DNA from: Shigella phage Sf20
Direction: 5' to 3' (one strand)
Length of the DNA stretch: 64,000 nucleotides
Sequence record: MF327006
This document shows, in pieces, positions 45,825 through 56,085 of this stretch. The notes under the pieces were generated by a model that worked only from the letters and a program-made list of their open reading frames with translations, had not been told where the DNA came from and searched no databases. The position numbers and the translations under genes were made by a program. Within the stretch, counting starts at the first letter, position 1. Each line of letters starts with the position of its first letter.

Positions 45825-46853
45825 TTAAAATTTACAATATTTCATAAACCGCATTTTAGCCATCAGACCTTGTACGGTGTTCTCTTTGATATATTCCATG
45901 ATCTGGTCGCGTGTAGCGCCCTCGTCCTGAATCATGGCGTTAACGTCTTTAGAATGCCACGGGCAACGGTCCCACAATACAATCTTTTCCCCTGCATTGA
46001 TAAACTTTTCCAGTCGGTGCATTGTATCGGCAGACCGTGGTTCCGCATCAAGTACAAACACTCGCTGGTCTGGGAAAGGGATTTCATCTAATCCCAAAGT
46101 ACCGCCAGTAATTGCACACCCGTTATCAATAAACAATGAATCGATCGGACCTTCTAAGAAATACACTGGTTTACTCGGATCGGCGCGTTCAAGACCATAG
46201 ACCTTACTCGCTAACTCGTGAGTTTTAATCGTCATATATTTGGTCTTTCCGTAATCCTTTCTCAATGCTCGCCCCTGAATGGATTCTATCTTGTTCTCGC
46301 GGTTAAAGATAGGAATCACTAAACGTGGTTCAGGTTGTGGATTCTTGAAAGTATCAGCCTTAATGTGATTTGCTACCTTTTGCCATTCTCTCGTGAAATA
46401 CAGAAGATCCCATTTATCGTGAGGGATGCAACGATCACTGACATACTTTATTATAGGATGATTAGCCGGAAGAGTATCTAATCTCTCGCAGAAAGGCAAT
46501 GTTTGCACTTTCTTAATCTCCGGCTTTTCTACCTTTTTCAGTGGCTTGAACGTGGTGTTCTTGTGGTCGCCTTGTTCCTTCCGTCGTTCCATAAGCCATT
46601 CCCTGAATAGGTCCGGCTTATACTGTTTGAGAAATTCACCTAACGGCTGATTGTAGTTACAGTTGAAACAGCCGCAACGCAAACTATCCTTATAGGTATA
46701 GATACGGAATCGCGCTTGAGTATGATTTTTCTTTGAGTCACCGCAGATCGGACAACTACAGACCAGCGTAAATGAGCTAGTATGCAACCGTTTAAAATTT
46801 CGTTCGCCGTATATGGCTTTTTCCGCTATTTCATAATCTGCGTAGTAAATCAT
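45825..46853 (-). CDS. 61: DNA primase
   Basis: 342 aa; zinc ribbon CSCPICGDSKKN...CGCFNC; TOPRIM-like core. Confidence 0.85.
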   Translation of the reverse strand: MIYYADYEIAEKAIYGERNFKRLHTSSFTLVCSCPICGDSKKNHTQARFRIYTYKDSLRCGCFNCNYNQPLGEFLKQYKPDLFREWLMERRKEQGDHKNTTFKPLKKVEKPEIKKVQTLPFCERLDTLPANHPIIKYVSDRCIPHDKWDLLYFTREWQKVANHIKADTFKNPQPEPRLVIPIFNRENKIESIQGRALRKDYGKTKYMTIKTHELASKVYGLERADPSKPVYFLEGPIDSLFIDNGCAITGGTLGLDEIPFPDQRVFVLDAEPRSADTMHRLEKFINAGEKIVLWDRCPWHSKDVNAMIQDEGATRDQIMEYIKENTVQGLMAKMRFMKYCKF

Positions 46854-46862
46854 AATAACCTC

Positions 46863-47066
46863 TTATAGCTCAAATTTCATGAAAGTTCCTACACTTTCAT
46901 TTTCATTCTCTCCGTTTTCATCTAAGCCAAATTTGTAGACACTACCATCTGGCGATGTGTAAGAGAATACACGAAAACGGCCTACCGAATCAAGTTCTGT
47001 AAATTCATATTCTTTTCCGGCTTCAAAAAGTGCATATGTGCTTTTAAGACATTTCATCGTAATCAT
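46863..47066 (-). CDS. hypothetical protein
   Basis: ORF track 67 aa. Confidence 0.45.
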   Translation of the reverse strand: MITMKCLKSTYALFEAGKEYEFTELDSVGRFRVFSYTSPDGSVYKFGLDENGENENESVGTFMKFEL

Positions 47067-47214
47067 TTAAGCGCCACCGACAACAGGATGAGAACTACAC
47101 CAACATACATTGTGATCTCGGATAACTTTTCTGTTTTTGTTTTGTGTCCAGATAATCCGAAAACAACAACACCGACAATAGCGGACAGCAAGCCAACGAT
47201 AAACATGATGATAC

Positions 47215-47390
47215 TAAGCACCGTCTTTCTCCTTTTTGCGTTTTTCTTTACCCGCTACACTAGGTCCACGATTGGTAATAGATCCGCTCGTTTCACCTGC
47301 TGCGATCTTCTCAGGATTGCCGCCAGCATCGCCAGCGGTCATATCTTCTTTGAGTTTATTTTCTTCAACAAACTGTTTAAATCCAATCAT
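47215..47390 (-). CDS. small hypothetical protein (~58 aa, below ORF-track cutoff)
   Basis: Hand-translated MIGFKQFVEENKLKEDMTAGDAGG...; start overlaps upstream stop (ATGA); coordinates approximate. Confidence 0.25.
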
Positions 47391-47764
47391 AGAATAATCT
47401 CTTTCAGTAAGTCAACAATCTGGTCTTTCGTCAGTTTATCCTGATTCTCTACAATCTTGATAACACAAGCATTAACATCTTTTCGAGTCACGCGGGAGAT
47501 CGTTTTAATACGATGAAACGGTTCGTAGAAATATACTGCTTCATTATAGAGCGCAGCAATTTTTCGACGCATTTGATCTTTATCTGACAAGAAAACAAGT
47601 GCTGTTTTATGACCTTCTACACCAGCCACGTTATATAGTTCAGCAACACCCCAGCGACCTTCCGGTTCAATCATTCCGGCGTGTTTACCGTCGATAAAAA
47701 TAAGAATATCTCCGTTGAATGCGGTTTTGAATGCTACATCTTCCGGCGTAATCATATTTTTCAT
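47387..47764 (-). CDS. hypothetical protein
   Basis: ORF track 125 aa. Confidence 0.5.
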   Translation of the reverse strand: MKNMITPEDVAFKTAFNGDILIFIDGKHAGMIEPEGRWGVAELYNVAGVEGHKTALVFLSDKDQMRRKIAALYNEAVYFYEPFHRIKTISRVTRKDVNACVIKIVENQDKLTKDQIVDLLKEIIL

Positions 47765-47794
47765 AATATAGTCTCCTTAGAGTTTCATTATAGA

Positions 47795-48430
47795 TCAAGC
47801 GAATGTAGAAAGCAAACGTTTTGTTTCTTTCAGTTGTCGTTCAAGATCTTTGCGTTTCTCTTTAAGTTGCATTTTAGCATTATTTCGCTGTTTTTCAACA
47901 TCTTTATCAATATGCTTAGTCCAATTATCAATATCAGAATAAGTTGGCATACCCAATTCTAGACCTAATGCGGTTGGATACAGGGTAACAGTCCATAAAC
48001 CGCTAATCTTCTTAAATAGGTCGGGGTGTAGTGTACTATCTACATCTTCCGGTGTCAACTCTTTTTCTTCTTTCAGTGGTGGGATCTCGTCATATGGTTC
48101 CAGTGCATTTACTTTAATATCAGATACCTCATCAAAGAATCCGCGTACATCCGCAGGAAATACACAAGCAATTTCCCAACCGTGATCACGCAGAGAAGTA
48201 ATATTTTTCACTCCCCCACCATGTGTGATGATTGATGTGACATTGCCATCAAGGTCCACCGAATTTACGAGAAATGGCTTATCGTCTGTCAGATCATTAT
48301 AAAACTGTGCTTCGGCTGTAGTCATCTCCAGAAACAGATCTCGGATCGGACGACCATCAGGTGCGTTACCTTCCTTGAGAGTATAAAAGCGACTTACGAT
48401 CCATTTTGGCGGTAAAGCATTAGCGATCAT
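47795..48430 (-). CDS. hypothetical protein
   Basis: ORF track 211 aa. Confidence 0.5.
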   Translation of the reverse strand: MIANALPPKWIVSRFYTLKEGNAPDGRPIRDLFLEMTTAEAQFYNDLTDDKPFLVNSVDLDGNVTSIITHGGGVKNITSLRDHGWEIACVFPADVRGFFDEVSDIKVNALEPYDEIPPLKEEKELTPEDVDSTLHPDLFKKISGLWTVTLYPTALGLELGMPTYSDIDNWTKHIDKDVEKQRNNAKMQLKEKRKDLERQLKETKRLLSTFA

Positions 48431-48480
48431 GTTATATCTCCTATCAAATCATTCACCAGCGCCCCGTAGGGCGCATTTTA

Positions 48481-49893
48481 TTAGAAAGTCATGTTATTTG
48501 CTAGCTCGTCGAGTTTTTCTCGTTTCTCGGCTTGCTGTGCGCTTTGTGGTTTAACTTGTGCATTCTCCTGATCTGCGATCTGGTTTGGAACTTCATACCA
48601 ACGCTGATTGCCTTTTTTCACACCAACGTTAAACCGTGAATAATAGTTCTTATCACCGTAACGAGACTTGATCTGCTTCATGAGTTGAACGCCCATTTTA
48701 GCAAGGTCTTCGGTCTCGATAACACCCAACATAAAATCGGCTGTAGCCGGAAGACCTGCTGATTCAGCGGTATCACTCATGTTAAGGTCTGACGCATCCC
48801 AACCCGCGCGGGTAGTCTGTGCCGCAGTCCAACCAACAACATCCCACTTAACAAAAAATCCTCGCAGTTCTTCCGCAATCGCCTTAACTAGTGTGTAACT
48901 ATTTTCAGAGTATACACGCAAGCGAGACGATGCGCAAATCCCCAGATAGTCAACAATCACAACATCAGGTTTAAACTGTTTCTTGAGTCGCAATTCATTC
49001 ATTAACGCCTCAAAGTGATTGGAGTTCGCGCCACCAGTAGGATACTGCTTGATCATCAATTTTCCAACCGGACGATCTCCGATCTTCTTATTCTTAACAC
49101 GCTTCATACGTGCGGAATATTCCGCAAAAGAAACATTACCATTATCCAATTCATCTAATGTAATGTCAAGCAAGTTTGCGTCGATACGTTTGGCTACGAC
49201 ATGCTCTGCCATCTCCATTGAGATATACAATACATCATAACCACATTCCATATAATCCGCAGCAAGAGAACACAAGCCCAATGATTTGCCAACGTTTACA
49301 CCAGCAAGCAACACATTTAGCGTTTTTCTTTCCGCACCTCCTTTCGTGATTTTATTCAACATCGGCAGCTTAAACGGGATCTTATTCGCCTTAGTCTGAT
49401 ATAGCAAGAATCGTTTTTCGAAGTCATTAAACCAGTCATGACCTACATCAGAATCAAACGTAATGGATAGTGCTTCCTGCATGATCTCAGGAATAGCGCC
49501 CTCACCAGGCAATTTCTTATTCTGTTTCTCTTTTGGTAATTGTGCGTTCGCCTGAATCTCTAGCGCCCGTGACATTGCATTATACATGGCACGGTCACGA
49601 ATAAATTTTTCGGTTTCCTTCATTAACCAATCAAGGTCTTCCGGTGTATTCTCAAGCGAATCAAGAAGAGTTTTAGCCCCTTCATATGTTGTCTGATTGC
49701 CTCTCTCCTTGTCTAAAGCAATCTGTAATGCAGTTGGCGTAGGAATATTGGAATATTCGTCTACGTGCTTTTTAATCAGTTTATAAATCAGTTTTTCTTC
49801 GTCTTCGGTGAAGTAGTCCGCTTTAAGATGAGGCCATACATTCGTAAAGAATGTGCCATTGTAAATCAACTGTGAAAAGATAGTTTTAATCAT
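48481..49893 (-). CDS. 41: replicative DNA helicase (DnaB-like)
   Basis: 470 aa; Walker A GVNVGKS; start overlaps upstream stop (ATGA). Confidence 0.9.
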   Translation of the reverse strand: MIKTIFSQLIYNGTFFTNVWPHLKADYFTEDEEKLIYKLIKKHVDEYSNIPTPTALQIALDKERGNQTTYEGAKTLLDSLENTPEDLDWLMKETEKFIRDRAMYNAMSRALEIQANAQLPKEKQNKKLPGEGAIPEIMQEALSITFDSDVGHDWFNDFEKRFLLYQTKANKIPFKLPMLNKITKGGAERKTLNVLLAGVNVGKSLGLCSLAADYMECGYDVLYISMEMAEHVVAKRIDANLLDITLDELDNGNVSFAEYSARMKRVKNKKIGDRPVGKLMIKQYPTGGANSNHFEALMNELRLKKQFKPDVVIVDYLGICASSRLRVYSENSYTLVKAIAEELRGFFVKWDVVGWTAAQTTRAGWDASDLNMSDTAESAGLPATADFMLGVIETEDLAKMGVQLMKQIKSRYGDKNYYSRFNVGVKKGNQRWYEVPNQIADQENAQVKPQSAQQAEKREKLDELANNMTF

Positions 49894-50207
49894 ACGTAGC
49901 CCCCAACTACACGCATAACAAAGGTCTTGAGTTTATACCAGAAAGTTTCTTTTTTCAACTTTTCTTCTGCTTCTTTGATCTGCGCGGTTAACGCCTTGAT
50001 GACGTGAGGATATACCACATCACGATCTGACGGCGTGGAGTAGTCGACCACAATACCTTTAGTGTCTGGATCGTATTCAACATTATGAATATAGACAATA
50101 TGATGCTCTCCCTCTTCATCAACAATTATCAGTTCCTGAATAACTGTCTTCATTGCTTCTTGAATCAAGCCGTGTGCTTCTTCTAAACTCGTTGGTTTCT
50201 TATCCAT
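49890..50207 (-). CDS. hypothetical protein (gene 40 position)
   Basis: ORF track 105 aa; hydrophobic C-terminus. Confidence 0.45.
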   Translation of the reverse strand: MDKKPTSLEEAHGLIQEAMKTVIQELIIVDEEGEHHIVYIHNVEYDPDTKGIVVDYSTPSDRDVVYPHVIKALTAQIKEAEEKLKKETFWYKLKTFVMRVVGGYV

Positions 50208-50233
50208 AATATAATCCTCTCAGTAAAAATATC

Positions 50234-50262
50234 ATTTTACTACTTTAATTATTCTATGTCAA
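50234..50262 (-). promoter_or_regulatory. sigma70-type early promoter
   Basis: Minus sense TTGACA-N17-TAAAAT; overlaps the 3' end of the HNH gene. Confidence 0.5.
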
Positions 50263-50998
50263 CAAATTTCCAATTTGGAAAGTCTGGACTCATACAACGA
50301 CGCCGAACGGTTCCGCGCTCGTTTCCTAGTACCTTAGACACTTCCGATACGGATTTATATATCACACCATCAACAGATACAGCCTTTCGGTCTTTCCTGT
50401 TTTGGTTTTTGCTCTTTTCTCTTCTGGCTTCTACGTTCTCCGAATCATTCCATTGTCTCTTTGCTGTCTCACGGGAAGATATTGCCTTTTGTTCTTTAAC
50501 AATATCTTTAACGAGTTGTTCTTGTCCTGTTATCTTCGCCCACACATTAACAGACTGAATAGCATTAGCCTCACTCATTCCCCAGCGTTTACCGGATATA
50601 TTCTTACGACGCACGCGTAGAAATTCGTTAAAGACTTCTTCGCATTGGTGCATATAATCACGAAATCCATATTTCTTAGCCCATGCCTCTTTAATTGCAT
50701 CAGACATATTTTCGGCAATACGTCTACGCACCCATGCATACTCCTTATTATTTCGACCGTGACTGGTCATGCACATCATACGTGCAGCCATAAGAAGACC
50801 AACATTCTTAGGATACATTTTAGCTAACAATAAGTGAGCGGTAAAATGTTCCTCCGGTGTCAATGGAACGAGATTTTCTCGGTCATCCGTACCACCCATA
50901 CAACGCGGTTTAACGTGATGGATCTCTATGTATCCGGTCGGCTTCTCGCGGGTTCTTGCTCGTTCAATCAATCTTTCGTAATGTGCTTTGTAGTTCAT
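50249..50998 (-). CDS. HNH homing-endonuclease-like protein
   Basis: ATG 50996-50998 with SD GGAGGA; IEIHHVKPRCMGGTDDRENLVPLTPEEHFTAH; basic C-terminus. Confidence 0.7.
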   Translation of the reverse strand: MNYKAHYERLIERARTREKPTGYIEIHHVKPRCMGGTDDRENLVPLTPEEHFTAHLLLAKMYPKNVGLLMAARMMCMTSHGRNNKEYAWVRRRIAENMSDAIKEAWAKKYGFRDYMHQCEEVFNEFLRVRRKNISGKRWGMSEANAIQSVNVWAKITGQEQLVKDIVKEQKAISSRETAKRQWNDSENVEARREKSKNQNRKDRKAVSVDGVIYKSVSEVSKVLGNERGTVRRRCMSPDFPNWKFVDIE

Positions 50999-51009
50999 GT
51001 GATCCTCCA

Positions 51010-51035
51010 TATGAAAAAGGGGCATAAAGCCCCTT
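51010..51035 (-). terminator. candidate intrinsic terminator downstream of uvsX
   Basis: Minus-sense hairpin AAGGGGC-UUUAU-GCCCCUU then UUUCAU. Confidence 0.4.
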
Positions 51036-51049
51036 AACCGCCACTGATA

Positions 51050-52120
51050 TTATGCTAACATATCTTCTACTTCTTTGTCAACAGCTTCATCACTGATAAC
51101 TTGACCTAACTGATAGTGATCATTGATCGCTTTCTGGAAGTGTTCATTGGTCAGAAGTGGTTTCCAAAAATCAACACTATCCGTTTCTTTCGCTCGGAAC
51201 TTGCGTTCTTCGGTTTCCATTTCTCCTGTTTCAGCATTCAGGATTGAACGAGAATACCAACCATTCGACGGTTTAACAATCCAACCCAACTCGATAGCCA
51301 GTTCAAGTAATCCAGAGTAAGGATCAATACCACCGCTAAAGGTTACGCTAATAGGGAACTTCGATTTTTCTTTAACGGTTCGTGATTTTTCCGCATTCAG
51401 GATAAAATCATAACCAGTAATTTCGGTTCCTTCTTTCTGCTGACGACGGCTAATAATGAACACTTCGTTTGCACTGTACATACCACCAGTACCACCAGAC
51501 ATAATCTCTTTCGGATACAGAGACATTTCAGAGTAAGTATGGTTAATAGCGATGCACGGGATATCATTCATAGTCAGATAAGGTGTCATCATACGGAACA
51601 AGCCTTTAAGTGCTTTAGCTCGCGTCATATCCTGTGCGGATTTCTCATTAATCGCGTCTTCAACTTCTTTTTTACTTGCTAAGTTACCGATTGAGTCAAT
51701 AAAGATGATCACTTTATCTTCACGGGTAATTTGCTCAAGCTGGTTCATGATCTCAAATTTAAGTTCTTCGATGTTCTTGATTGGAACGTGCACCACGCGA
51801 TCAGGATCTACACCCATAGATGACAGATATGCGGAAGTAATACCAAACTCAGAATCAAAGAACAAGCAAGCCGCATCGGGATTCTGTTTCATGTATGCAC
51901 TAACACAAGTTAATCCCATGTTTGATTTAAAGTGCTTAGATGGACCAGCAAAGAAAATCAGACCAGATTGAAAGCCTTTTTTAAGATCGCCAGAAAACGC
52001 AATATTCAGCATCGGGATCTTAGTGCGAGTATTTGTTTTTTCGTTAAAGAAGCTGGATTTAGACAGTACCGCAGTAGTTTTCAGGGTAGAGTTCTTTTTC
52101 AGTTTTTCCAGTACAGACAT
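51050..52120 (-). CDS. uvsX: UvsX recombinase (RecA-like)
   Basis: 356 aa; FFNEKTNTRTKIPMLNIAFSG; Walker A GPSKHFKS. Confidence 0.9.
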   Translation of the reverse strand: MSVLEKLKKNSTLKTTAVLSKSSFFNEKTNTRTKIPMLNIAFSGDLKKGFQSGLIFFAGPSKHFKSNMGLTCVSAYMKQNPDAACLFFDSEFGITSAYLSSMGVDPDRVVHVPIKNIEELKFEIMNQLEQITREDKVIIFIDSIGNLASKKEVEDAINEKSAQDMTRAKALKGLFRMMTPYLTMNDIPCIAINHTYSEMSLYPKEIMSGGTGGMYSANEVFIISRRQQKEGTEITGYDFILNAEKSRTVKEKSKFPISVTFSGGIDPYSGLLELAIELGWIVKPSNGWYSRSILNAETGEMETEERKFRAKETDSVDFWKPLLTNEHFQKAINDHYQLGQVISDEAVDKEVEDMLA

Positions 52121-52131
52121 TATTAATACCT

Positions 52132-52359
52132 CTATTCAGTTAATCCGTAATACTTTAATTGCTTCATTGTTATTCGATCTTTGTAGTGCTCTTGAATTAA
52201 CTTTTTCATCGCATCAACATCGATCGTCACAAATACTTCGTTGCTGTGATTTCCGTGAACTTTCTTGAAATGCTCTATGCCTTCCTCACGTTCACGTTTA
52301 ATCTTTTCAATGTCTCTCATAATATATTTCTCACATTGGCGGGTATCGTAACCCAACAC
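52132..52359 (-). CDS. hypothetical protein
   Basis: ORF track 75 aa; only ORF between uvsX and 43. Confidence 0.4.
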   Translation of the reverse strand: MLGYDTRQCEKYIMRDIEKIKREREEGIEHFKKVHGNHSNEVFVTIDVDAMKKLIQEHYKDRITMKQLKYYGLTE

Positions 52360-52381
52360 CCGCCATTATACACACTTTATC

Positions 52382-55060
52382 TTAAATGTCAAACAGGTCC
52401 GTAAGCGATGCCACCTTTTCATATTGCAGCTTTGCAGCCGTGGTAATGTTCTCCAGTGGTTTGACGAAAGTCTTATTAAACAACAAAGGCCAGTCCAACC
52501 ACTTCAACACCTCTGATTCAATTTCTGGAGGAATACGAGTACCAGACAACCAACCAAAACAGATTTCTCCAAACGGATTTCGATCTTTCAGCGGTACAAT
52601 CATAACCTTCTCGCCTTCACGAATCGGATCTAGTCCGAATTTTCGAGCATTACGATTATAACACAATACACTCTTAACCGCATACGGACAACCCTTAATC
52701 GGATACCCGTTTGAATCGCTGTATTTCTGTAGGTTGTTTGCAGATGATACCGCAGCAACATCAAGATAGTCAAGTTTTCTAAATTCTTGCTCAAAAATAC
52801 CGTAGTATTCCTGCAATGACTCTTCACCTTCCTGCAACATACGGCGAATACATTCTTTCAGTGATTTCTGACATGCTTTAGGGGTGGAGCTACGTTGCGT
52901 TTCCAAGCCCATGATTTTTAGCTTAGGTTCAGCAAAGCGCGTTCCTTCCATATCCCAAACATTAAGAGCATAACGCTTTTTACCAGTCCAGAATCCACCG
53001 ATACCCGCAGATTTCAACGGAGGACCAGCAATTGCCTCTCGGTCCATAAACATCAAGTGCTCATAATTGTTCATGTACTCGCACAACTCGCGATATCCTT
53101 TGTCGATAATCGGTTCCATTCGATGTTTACCGAAATTATCAAGGAAGTCAACAAGTTTTTCGGTATCGTCGAAACGGTCTTCCCCGCCAACCTTATCAAC
53201 AACATTGTTAACCAGCACATAAACGGAGTCAGTATCACAATAACGAACATATGCAAAATCGGTTGTTCCGCAAAGCTCGTTTAAGTATTCGTTAATCTTA
53301 CGCTCAATCCACTGAATTGCAAGCTGACCGAACAGTGTGATCGCACTAGCGTTACGGAGATCATAAAAACGGAATTTAGGATTCCCCAACGCACCATAAA
53401 GGGAGTTGATCAAAACTTTTCGAGAAAGCTGGTTTGTATTGCACAAGATCGACTCGTCTTTACATTCTTCCAGCAATTTCTCTAAGGTATCTTTGCTTAA
53501 TTCAGAAAGCATCGATTTAAACGCTTCATCAAAGTCGTGACGCACTTCAACGCTATAGCTAATGGTTCCCCCATAAACATGATTTTCATCGTGTAGAATC
53601 GCTTTACATAGTTCAGCATTGCGATCACATGCCAACATCATGTTTTTGTACTGCTTACGCTGATCGAATACCTTTTTAATCTCAATCGGTACGATACCAT
53701 GAATATCTTTTCGATACATCCATCCGTTAGGCGAGCAAGAATACTCATCACTAGGACGTGGTGCAGTTTTATTGATATACTCGTGCATCGGTGCAGCATC
53801 AAAAGATCCGGCGATTGTTTCAGGCGAAATATTAACCTGTCGAATAATAGATGGATACAGACTTGTTAAGTCAAAGCTCATCATCCAACGGTAAGCATTA
53901 GGTACTGGCTCTTTTACAAATGCGCCCGGATAAGTCTGCTTAGGCTGTATCTTGTTCTCCGGTACTACTTTACCCTCAGCTTTCAGAGATCCGAAAATAA
54001 TAGCATCCCATACTTTCATCGGGTTATAAACATGGTTAAATTTAATCTTTGCATAGAAACATAGACTATACACAAGATCGATAAATCCACGCTTTTTATC
54101 AATCGCCAGCACACGATCAACGTCGCCGATGTTATAATCGATGTAAAGTTGATGGTTATCATCACGCAATTTCTTTAACGGACCATCATAATCAACCTTA
54201 CCGATTCCTGTCTCATATTCAGCAACATAATCTAACGCATATGTTGGTTGAGTCGTAAAGCTAAATTTCTTGTACAGGTCAATATAATCAAGGCTTTCGA
54301 TCCCCATGATCGTAAATGCTTCACGCTCGTTACCAAAATCATCCTGTGAGATTCGGGATTTAATCTTACCGCACGGGCTTAGACGGTTAGCGGTTCTACT
54401 TCCGAACTTATTACTGATACGTTTAATGATATATGGAATATCGAATGTTTCTGTGTTCCAGCCAGTGAAACCAACGGGTCGGTTTTCCTCAAAGAATCGG
54501 ATGTATTCTAACAGCAATTCATCTTCTGTGTCATAGAAGTTATAAACAACGCGCTCTACAATATCAGGTCGAAGAATAGACTTGCTAGATTCCCAGATTT
54601 CACCGTTTTTTCCTTTCAAATCAAATACAAAGAAACGATCATGTACGGAATCATAATGCGTAATTGCATCGATAGGATATTTCGCTTCTTCTGGTTTAGG
54701 AAATTCTGGGGCAGTGACCTCAATATCAACCCATGCTACACGGATTTTATTTCGGTCATATCGAATCTCGCCTTTATATGTATCGGACAGATAGGAGATG
54801 ATAAAATCATCCATCCCTAGTGCCTCCTGCCCCATTTCTCCCATCTTTTTACGCCATTTGTTGGCCTCGTTCATAGATGGGAATTTTTTAGCAATGCAAG
54901 GCTTGCCGTAGATATCTTTATAATTCGTAACCATACCAGGAGCGGCATGATGAAATAAAGTTGGCGTATATTCAACGTAACGCTCTTGTTCTTGTCCAGC
55001 ATCATCAATATAACGCTCGTAGATCTTATCACCCACTCGCTCACATGACAGAAAATACAT
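52382..55060 (-). CDS. 43: DNA polymerase (family B)
   Basis: ATG 55058-55060 with SD AAGGAG (track GTG extension rejected); DIEV exo motif, SLYPSII, YCDTDS. Confidence 0.95.
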   Translation of the reverse strand: MYFLSCERVGDKIYERYIDDAGQEQERYVEYTPTLFHHAAPGMVTNYKDIYGKPCIAKKFPSMNEANKWRKKMGEMGQEALGMDDFIISYLSDTYKGEIRYDRNKIRVAWVDIEVTAPEFPKPEEAKYPIDAITHYDSVHDRFFVFDLKGKNGEIWESSKSILRPDIVERVVYNFYDTEDELLLEYIRFFEENRPVGFTGWNTETFDIPYIIKRISNKFGSRTANRLSPCGKIKSRISQDDFGNEREAFTIMGIESLDYIDLYKKFSFTTQPTYALDYVAEYETGIGKVDYDGPLKKLRDDNHQLYIDYNIGDVDRVLAIDKKRGFIDLVYSLCFYAKIKFNHVYNPMKVWDAIIFGSLKAEGKVVPENKIQPKQTYPGAFVKEPVPNAYRWMMSFDLTSLYPSIIRQVNISPETIAGSFDAAPMHEYINKTAPRPSDEYSCSPNGWMYRKDIHGIVPIEIKKVFDQRKQYKNMMLACDRNAELCKAILHDENHVYGGTISYSVEVRHDFDEAFKSMLSELSKDTLEKLLEECKDESILCNTNQLSRKVLINSLYGALGNPKFRFYDLRNASAITLFGQLAIQWIERKINEYLNELCGTTDFAYVRYCDTDSVYVLVNNVVDKVGGEDRFDDTEKLVDFLDNFGKHRMEPIIDKGYRELCEYMNNYEHLMFMDREAIAGPPLKSAGIGGFWTGKKRYALNVWDMEGTRFAEPKLKIMGLETQRSSTPKACQKSLKECIRRMLQEGEESLQEYYGIFEQEFRKLDYLDVAAVSSANNLQKYSDSNGYPIKGCPYAVKSVLCYNRNARKFGLDPIREGEKVMIVPLKDRNPFGEICFGWLSGTRIPPEIESEVLKWLDWPLLFNKTFVKPLENITTAAKLQYEKVASLTDLFDI

Positions 55061-55092
55061 AATATAAACTCCTTCACTTACGAAAGACACTC

Positions 55093-55121
55093 ATTATAGG
55101 GGAATCGACTTAGTTTGTCAA
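55093..55121 (-). promoter_or_regulatory. sigma70-type promoter upstream of gene 43
   Basis: Minus sense TTGACA-N17-TATAAT, flanked by TAGGGG/CCCCTA inverted repeat. Confidence 0.5.
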
Positions 55122-55142
55122 TACCCCTATCCCATCAGTATC

Positions 55143-55505
55143 TTAGCGTCCGATCTGATATTTCTCGATCAGCGTCCACTCTTCTTTCTGTTTGAAAGAC
55201 AGTACACGGAAATTATTAACTTCGGTAGTTTCAAAATCACTATCAATCAGGGTACACAGATTCCACTGCGCCAGAAGTTTTGCAATGTTATTACGGCGTA
55301 ATTCATCTTCCCACGTCATTTTAACACTACGACCATCTAATTTCAACAACTCCTTGAAATGAACGATGTAATAGCGCCCCTTCTTCTGGAGAATATGACA
55401 AGACTGATACAGTGTCTTGTCTCGATTGTTGGCAATGCCGCAGCGGGTTAAAGTCTCCTTAATTTTAAGGAAGTTTTCGGGACTAATCAAATTAATTTCA
55501 ATCAT
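55143..55505 (-). CDS. regA: translational repressor RegA
   Basis: 120 aa; ETLTRCGIANNRDKTLYQSCHILQKKGRYYIVHFKE nearly identical in pattern to T4 RegA. Confidence 0.9.
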   Translation of the reverse strand: MIEINLISPENFLKIKETLTRCGIANNRDKTLYQSCHILQKKGRYYIVHFKELLKLDGRSVKMTWEDELRRNNIAKLLAQWNLCTLIDSDFETTEVNNFRVLSFKQKEEWTLIEKYQIGR

Positions 55506-55506
55506 T

Positions 55507-56085
55507 TTACCACCTTTCTATAATCTTTTTAAGTCGTTTCCTTTCTGTCTGATTCTTAGTAACACCCGCCAAAAGTTCATCGGTCGCATACGGTTTAATG
55601 TGCTTCAATAACTTGTCCATATATCCCTTTTCATTAGCCAAATCGAGATAAAACCGGGCGTCATCCATATTTACACAATATGCTTTCGCCACTGCCATTA
55701 AAACCAATTTTTGGTCCAATTCTTCTGTTAGTTTAGCCCATTTACCGTATCGTTTCCCCTTAGAAATACTCTGTAAGAGATAATCAAAATGCATTTGATC
55801 TGGGAGGCCATGACCGATTAAATTCATCACATACGCGCTATATAGGCAATCTGCGTGCTGGGAAAGAGCGGTGTTAATCCATCTCTGGTTATATGCAGAA
55901 TTGTTTCCCACATTAACGCGCTGTTTATCTAAGGTGATATGATCCATCAGAGCAAATAATGCATTGTCGGTTTTCTCGGTGAATGTGTCAGCTAATTCAG
56001 ACACCTTTTCCCAATCACGAGAGCGCCATGCAATTTCATGCTCGTTTAATTGTGTATCATCTTCACCGAAAAATTGACCTAACAT
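55507..56085 (-). CDS. 62: clamp loader small subunit
   Basis: 192 aa; QLNEHEIAWRSRDW...KRYGKWAKL matches gp62; coupled (TAATG). Confidence 0.85.
   Translation of the reverse strand: MLGQFFGEDDTQLNEHEIAWRSRDWEKVSELADTFTEKTDNALFALMDHITLDKQRVNVGNNSAYNQRWINTALSQHADCLYSAYVMNLIGHGLPDQMHFDYLLQSISKGKRYGKWAKLTEELDQKLVLMAVAKAYCVNMDDARFYLDLANEKGYMDKLLKHIKPYATDELLAGVTKNQTERKRLKKIIERW

Noticed and set aside
55061-55090. N-terminal extension of DNA polymerase from the ORF-track GTG start (similarly for 44, 45, 46, 52, 56 and dexA)
   Set aside because: A downstream ATG with a canonical SD matches the T4 protein N-terminus; the upstream GTG/TTG starts lack SD sequences.
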